Positions 60,081 to 64,000 of a DNA stretch of 64,000 nucleotides are shown in pieces. Below the pieces are notes generated by a model. The model searched no databases. It worked only from the letters and a program-made list of their open reading frames with translations, and was not told the DNA's origin. The DNA lies in contig CBDCUX010000005.1 of assembly GCA_965222805.1 (NCBI GenBank), positions 144,020 through 208,019 on the forward strand. The letters run 5' to 3'. Every line of letters starts with the position of its first letter. The stretch's first letter is position 1. The DNA comes from Candidatus Poribacteria bacterium (GTDB lineage Bacteria > Poribacteria > WGA-4E > PCPOR2b). The position numbers and the translations under genes are program-made.

Positions 60081-60144
60081 GCCGTCGATCGATGCTCCAA
60101 AATCGACATTCTAAAGCCCCGGCGGGGTGATAAGGACGAAACCG

Positions 60145-61047
60145 ATGCAAAATCGAGAAGGACAGCGGTATCTGGATCCCGTCGCATTAGCAAAAATCGG
60201 AAACCTCGAACTCATTGCAAAATTTGTCGTCGAAGGATTCATCTCAGGGCTCCACAAAAGTCCCTATCACGGCTTCAGCGTCGAGTTCGCGCAGTACCGA
60301 CAATATATGCCCGGCGATGATATCAAACATCTCGACTGGAAAGCCTACGGACGCACCAATCGGTACTACATCAAGCAATTTGAGGAGGAAACCAACCTCA
60401 ACTGTTACCTCCTCCTCGACACCAGCGAGTCAATGAACTACGGTTCTGGCGATCTGACGAAGTTGCAATACGCCAGCTACCTTATCGCTTCGATTGCGTA
60501 TTTCATGGCAAAGCAACGGGATGCCGTCGGATTCGCCTACTTCGACGAAAGCCTCCACGAATACCTTCCCGCCCGGAGTTCTCCCGCCCATCTCCACGCA
60601 ATCCTGCTGACGCTTGAACGGATCCAAACGAACAAACTCACGCGCATGGGGCAACCCATCCACCAGATCGCCGAACGCCTCAGCAAACGCGGATTGGTTA
60701 TCCTAGTCTCTGACCTCTATGAGGATGACCCCGACACAGTCGTGAAAGCCTTAGAACACCTCCGTTACGACGGACATGAGGTGATCGTCTTTCATATCCT
60801 AGACAACCAGGAATTAGAGTTTGCATTTGACCGCGTGGCGCGTTTCGTTGATGCCGAAACGGACGAGGAGGTCATCGCAACGCCGCAGGCAATCCGCCAA
60901 AGCTATCTCAGCCATCTGCACGACTTCATCAACCACTATAAGTTGGAACTGAGCAGATCCGACATCGACTATAACACGATCGACACCGCAACCCCCGTTG
61001 ATTACGCGCTGTCAGCCTATCTCGCCAAACGGGAGGGGTTGATATGA
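60145..61047 (+). CDS. DUF58 (vWA-like, MoxR-associated) protein
   Basis: GLHKSPYHGFSVEFAQYRQYMPGDD, DWK, EEE, LDTSESM, SD. Confidence 0.93.
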   Translation: MQNREGQRYLDPVALAKIGNLELIAKFVVEGFISGLHKSPYHGFSVEFAQYRQYMPGDDIKHLDWKAYGRTNRYYIKQFEEETNLNCYLLLDTSESMNYGSGDLTKLQYASYLIASIAYFMAKQRDAVGFAYFDESLHEYLPARSSPAHLHAILLTLERIQTNKLTRMGQPIHQIAERLSKRGLVILVSDLYEDDPDTVVKALEHLRYDGHEVIVFHILDNQELEFAFDRVARFVDAETDEEVIATPQAIRQSYLSHLHDFINHYKLELSRSDIDYNTIDTATPVDYALSAYLAKREGLI

Positions 61048-61107
61048 TATAATATTGCCCTTCGCCTCAAAACCGAACTTTTTCGTTAATTTATAGAGGA
61101 AAATTTT

Positions 61108-62583
61108 ATGTCAAATAATCCTGTGTTAGATCGTATCATTGGTTTCTTTGAAGCAGATGTACTTAATCTTTACGCAAGCCACCCCGATAAGTATGAGTTG
61201 GATACAGACTATTTTGAGGGAATTCTCGAAACAAAGGACACATACTTTTATCAACTTGAATCCTCGGAAAGACTAGACGAATACATCAGCATTCGTTTTG
61301 GATATCATAGTAAAAAAGACGGAACATTGTGCATTGCTGTTTACCTCCCAGATTTAGCAAAGGCTCCAGAAATAGAAAAAAGAAAGTGGAGCCCATTCAT
61401 TGTTGAAAAATCTCTCTTATCGCAAGAGGATGAACGATTTGAAATGTGGTACGATAGATATAGGCGAGGTAGTTTTGAGGTATCGATTGCGCCTAGAAAA
61501 CGATTAAGTCATATTATCAAAAAAATTAATGCCTGCTGTAAAACACTTGTGGACGAGCCACTTTATACGAAAGTGCCGGATAAATCTATTCGTTATCCCA
61601 TATCTCAAAATAGTCATGCCTATGAAGATGCTCACAGAGATCTATATGGTTTCTTAGTTGATTCGCTTTCAAAAAAATGCCTTTTGGCCCTTGCATGTAT
61701 TAGAAAGCAGACAATACTTGAAGCACAAAATATGAGATCGCCAATATTGCTACGACATGTATTTCACGAATTTGATAAGCACTCCAAACTCCATACCCTG
61801 CTTTCAAAAGTTAGCAAACAGCGTAGGAACAGTAGTCATGACGTCAGATCCGCAGCAATAGAATACGATGCTTTTGGAAATTTCTATCGTGATATAGAAA
61901 GTGCTGTTGAGGCTTATGAAGAGTTACTTCAGCTAGTAGAATCAGAATTGGGTGTTTCAGCCGATCATGAACTAAAGAGGCATGACGCTATGAATTATCT
62001 GCCACAAATCGTCGGTGATGTTGAGCCACATCATTCGATTTGTGAAGCAACAAGAATGGTAAGGAAAACGGTTGAAAAAGTGGAGTTTGGTAAGCGTGAA
62101 GATCGCAAGGATATTGAAGGAGTACATCAAAGTGAAGTTTTACATGTGAAGTTCACAGATGGTGAAATCCTTGCAATGGATACAAGATCAAATGCCTCGG
62201 AACTTGAACGTAATGCGGCAATGAAGCCAGATGACTTTCAGGTAAATTTCGCGCTTAGATGGGTGCCGGCTTCCTCTGAAAGGAGGTGCGAAATTATGGC
62301 TTCTCTACCCAAAATTGTCGGTGATGTCGAATCACATTATTCAATTTGCAACGCAACAAGAATGATAGGGAAAACGGTTGAAAAAGTGGAGTTTGGCAAA
62401 CGTGGAGATATTGAGGAGGTACATCAAAGTGAAGCTTTATGTGTGAAATTCACAGATGGTGAATTTCTTGGGCTGGATACAGGATCAAATGCACTGGATT
62501 TTGAACGTAACGCAGCAATGAAGCCAAACGAGTTTCATGTGGATTTCATGCTTACATGGGTGCCTGCGCCCTCTAACAGGTAA
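61108..62583 (+). CDS. Hypothetical protein with possible HEPN motif and tandemly duplicated ~93-aa C-terminal domain
   Basis: RRNSSH (Rx4H); repeats at 61999-62277 and 62305-62574; AT-richer than neighbours. Confidence 0.75.
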   Translation: MSNNPVLDRIIGFFEADVLNLYASHPDKYELDTDYFEGILETKDTYFYQLESSERLDEYISIRFGYHSKKDGTLCIAVYLPDLAKAPEIEKRKWSPFIVEKSLLSQEDERFEMWYDRYRRGSFEVSIAPRKRLSHIIKKINACCKTLVDEPLYTKVPDKSIRYPISQNSHAYEDAHRDLYGFLVDSLSKKCLLALACIRKQTILEAQNMRSPILLRHVFHEFDKHSKLHTLLSKVSKQRRNSSHDVRSAAIEYDAFGNFYRDIESAVEAYEELLQLVESELGVSADHELKRHDAMNYLPQIVGDVEPHHSICEATRMVRKTVEKVEFGKREDRKDIEGVHQSEVLHVKFTDGEILAMDTRSNASELERNAAMKPDDFQVNFALRWVPASSERRCEIMASLPKIVGDVESHYSICNATRMIGKTVEKVEFGKRGDIEEVHQSEALCVKFTDGEFLGLDTGSNALDFERNAAMKPNEFHVDFMLTWVPAPSNR

Positions 62584-62678
62584 CTGGATTGGAAAATTAC
62601 TTGGGCGCATTTGCATTTTTCCAGCGAACACGACCTAAGCAGAAGGTGAAAATCCCCAAACTTCAGTAGATTCACGCT

Positions 62679-62867
62679 ATGAAAGTTAGAAACCTCATTA
62701 GACTGATTGAAAGAGATGGCTGGTATCTGGTACGAACGCGGGGCAGTCACCGGCAGCTTCGACATCCAACCAAATCAGGTACTGTTACCGTTGCTGGAAA
62801 ATTAGGATTGGATGTGCCACCCGGTACGCTCAATAGTGTTCTCAAGCAAGCCGGCCTCAAAGATTAA
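62679..62867 (+). CDS. hicA: HicA family mRNA interferase toxin
   Basis: DGWYLVRTRGSHRQLRHP...GTLNSVLKQAGL. Confidence 0.93.
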   Translation: MKVRNLIRLIERDGWYLVRTRGSHRQLRHPTKSGTVTVAGKLGLDVPPGTLNSVLKQAGLKD

Positions 62868-62880
62868 CTTGGAGGAACGT

Positions 62881-63096
62881 ATGCAATACCTAGTTGTATT
62901 TGAAAAAGATTCGAACAGTTACGGTGCCTATGTGCCCGACCTCCCCGGCTGTGTCGCAATAGGTGAAACGATGGAGGAAGTACGCGGATTAATTGCAGAA
63001 GCGATCCAATTTCATATTGAAAGTCTACAAGAAGATGGTTCTGCTGTTCCACTGCCAGCGTCAACAGCAGCGTTTATTGATGTGGCTACTGCCTAA
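62881..63096 (+). CDS. hicB: HicB family antitoxin (short, no DNA-binding domain)
   Basis: YGAYVPDLPGCVAIGET.EE...EAI; GGAGG SD before 62881. Confidence 0.92.
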   Translation: MQYLVVFEKDSNSYGAYVPDLPGCVAIGETMEEVRGLIAEAIQFHIESLQEDGSAVPLPASTAAFIDVATA

Positions 63097-63137
63097 CAAT
63101 TGGTCGTTTGGGAAATGTGATAAGGCTGAAACTCTTA

Positions 63138-64000
63138 GAGCCTGTTTTAAAAGTCATTTGATACGGTTTTGCATCAAGTAAATGGAAGCAATGTATATCA
63201 TAGCCTCAGCAGTCTCAGCGGAGCGTTCATAGTCCACAGTCAATCGACGAAACCAAGCGAACCAAGAAAAGGTGCGCTCCACAATCCACCGCAAGGGGAT
63301 AACTACAAATCCTGATTGCCTAACAGATGGCGCAATGTCCAATCGACACTGATGCGCCATATATAACCAGTCACCTAATTCTCCGCGATAACCCGCATCC
63401 GCACAGACTAACTGAATCGTTATGTGCCAATTAAAAACCTCTTTGAGTAACTCTATTGCGACTTGGTTATCACTGACATTGGCATCAGTGACCTTCACCC
63501 GCAATGGAATGCCAATTGTATCGGTGACTATATGACGTTTACGCCCTTTGACCTTCTTATGTGCATCAAACCCTCGACTGTCTGCCAGTTCAGTCGTTTT
63601 GACCGATTGGCTGTCAATAATAGCGACTGTCGGTGAAGGCACTTTGCCAATATCACAACGGGTTTGGTGATGAAGTGCTTGATGAATCATCACCCATGTG
63701 CCATCGGCTTTCCATTTTCTGAAATGGGAATAGACCGTTTGCCATGGGGGCATCTGATGCGGGAGCATTCGCCATTGACACCCTGATTTGACTATATAAA
63801 AAATAGCGTTGATGATTGAGCGCATCTCCCATTTGAGCGGTCTACCTACCGGTGAAGGTTTTGGCAGATAGGGGAACAGATTGTCCCACTGGGCATCGGT
63901 CAAATCCGTGGGATAGGTTGTTCGGGTCATGTTTATGCCTTTCATTGGAATGGTATTCACTGCTCCAATGATTGGACGTAAACATGAACTCTTGAGTCAG
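63138..64000 (-). mobile_element. IS5-family (IS1031-like) element, other end outside window
   Basis: TTA|GAGCCTGTTTTAAAAG terminal repeat next to transposase stop. Confidence 0.85.
63154..63930 (-). CDS. IS5-family (IS1031 group) transposase, intact
   Basis: YPTDLTDAQW, GCQWRMLP, IIDSQSVK, KGRKRH, ADAGY, RWIVERTFSW. Confidence 0.95.
   Translation of the reverse strand: MTRTTYPTDLTDAQWDNLFPYLPKPSPVGRPLKWEMRSIINAIFYIVKSGCQWRMLPHQMPPWQTVYSHFRKWKADGTWVMIHQALHHQTRCDIGKVPSPTVAIIDSQSVKTTELADSRGFDAHKKVKGRKRHIVTDTIGIPLRVKVTDANVSDNQVAIELLKEVFNWHITIQLVCADAGYRGELGDWLYMAHQCRLDIAPSVRQSGFVVIPLRWIVERTFSWFAWFRRLTVDYERSAETAEAMIYIASIYLMQNRIK

Noticed and set aside
62679-63096. HicAB with truncated HicB as a novelty
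   Set aside because: Short HicB lacking a DNA-binding domain is a known, common form.

Overview
A 64-kb bacterial chromosomal window, most likely from a Candidatus Poribacteria-like organism. This is inferred from a secreted protein ending in AVxPxGK..xWG.xK, a Pro-rich DUF4159 protein, PhyH/Gfo-Idh-MocA/enolase-superfamily catabolic genes and TPR/beta-propeller repeat proteins. Housekeeping genes (pdxH partial, leuB, htpG, hisD, murA, purN, tenA, an EF-G paralog, arsC, an RsbU/V/W module) are mixed with many catabolic enzymes and an envelope gene cluster (YCF48-like giant lipoprotein, TolC, anti-sigma/RseB). Mobile and defence content includes two TnpB-only IS200/IS605 elements with resolvable ends, two IS5-family elements plus a MITE and an orphan IS end, a type IIG-like restriction-modification gene, a TPR-fused partner/ART-like gene pair, a HEPN-like protein with a duplicated C-terminal domain, and HicAB. 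The most striking observation is that the two very divergent tnpB genes share a promoter and a ~90-nt 5' leader with compensatory base changes in a hairpin and in a putative loop-bulge pseudoknot; its outer stem pairs over the ribosome-binding region. This is a candidate undescribed structured RNA distinct from the 3' omega-RNA. No rRNA, tRNA or CRISPR array was recognised. All family calls are by eye from motifs; no searches were run.
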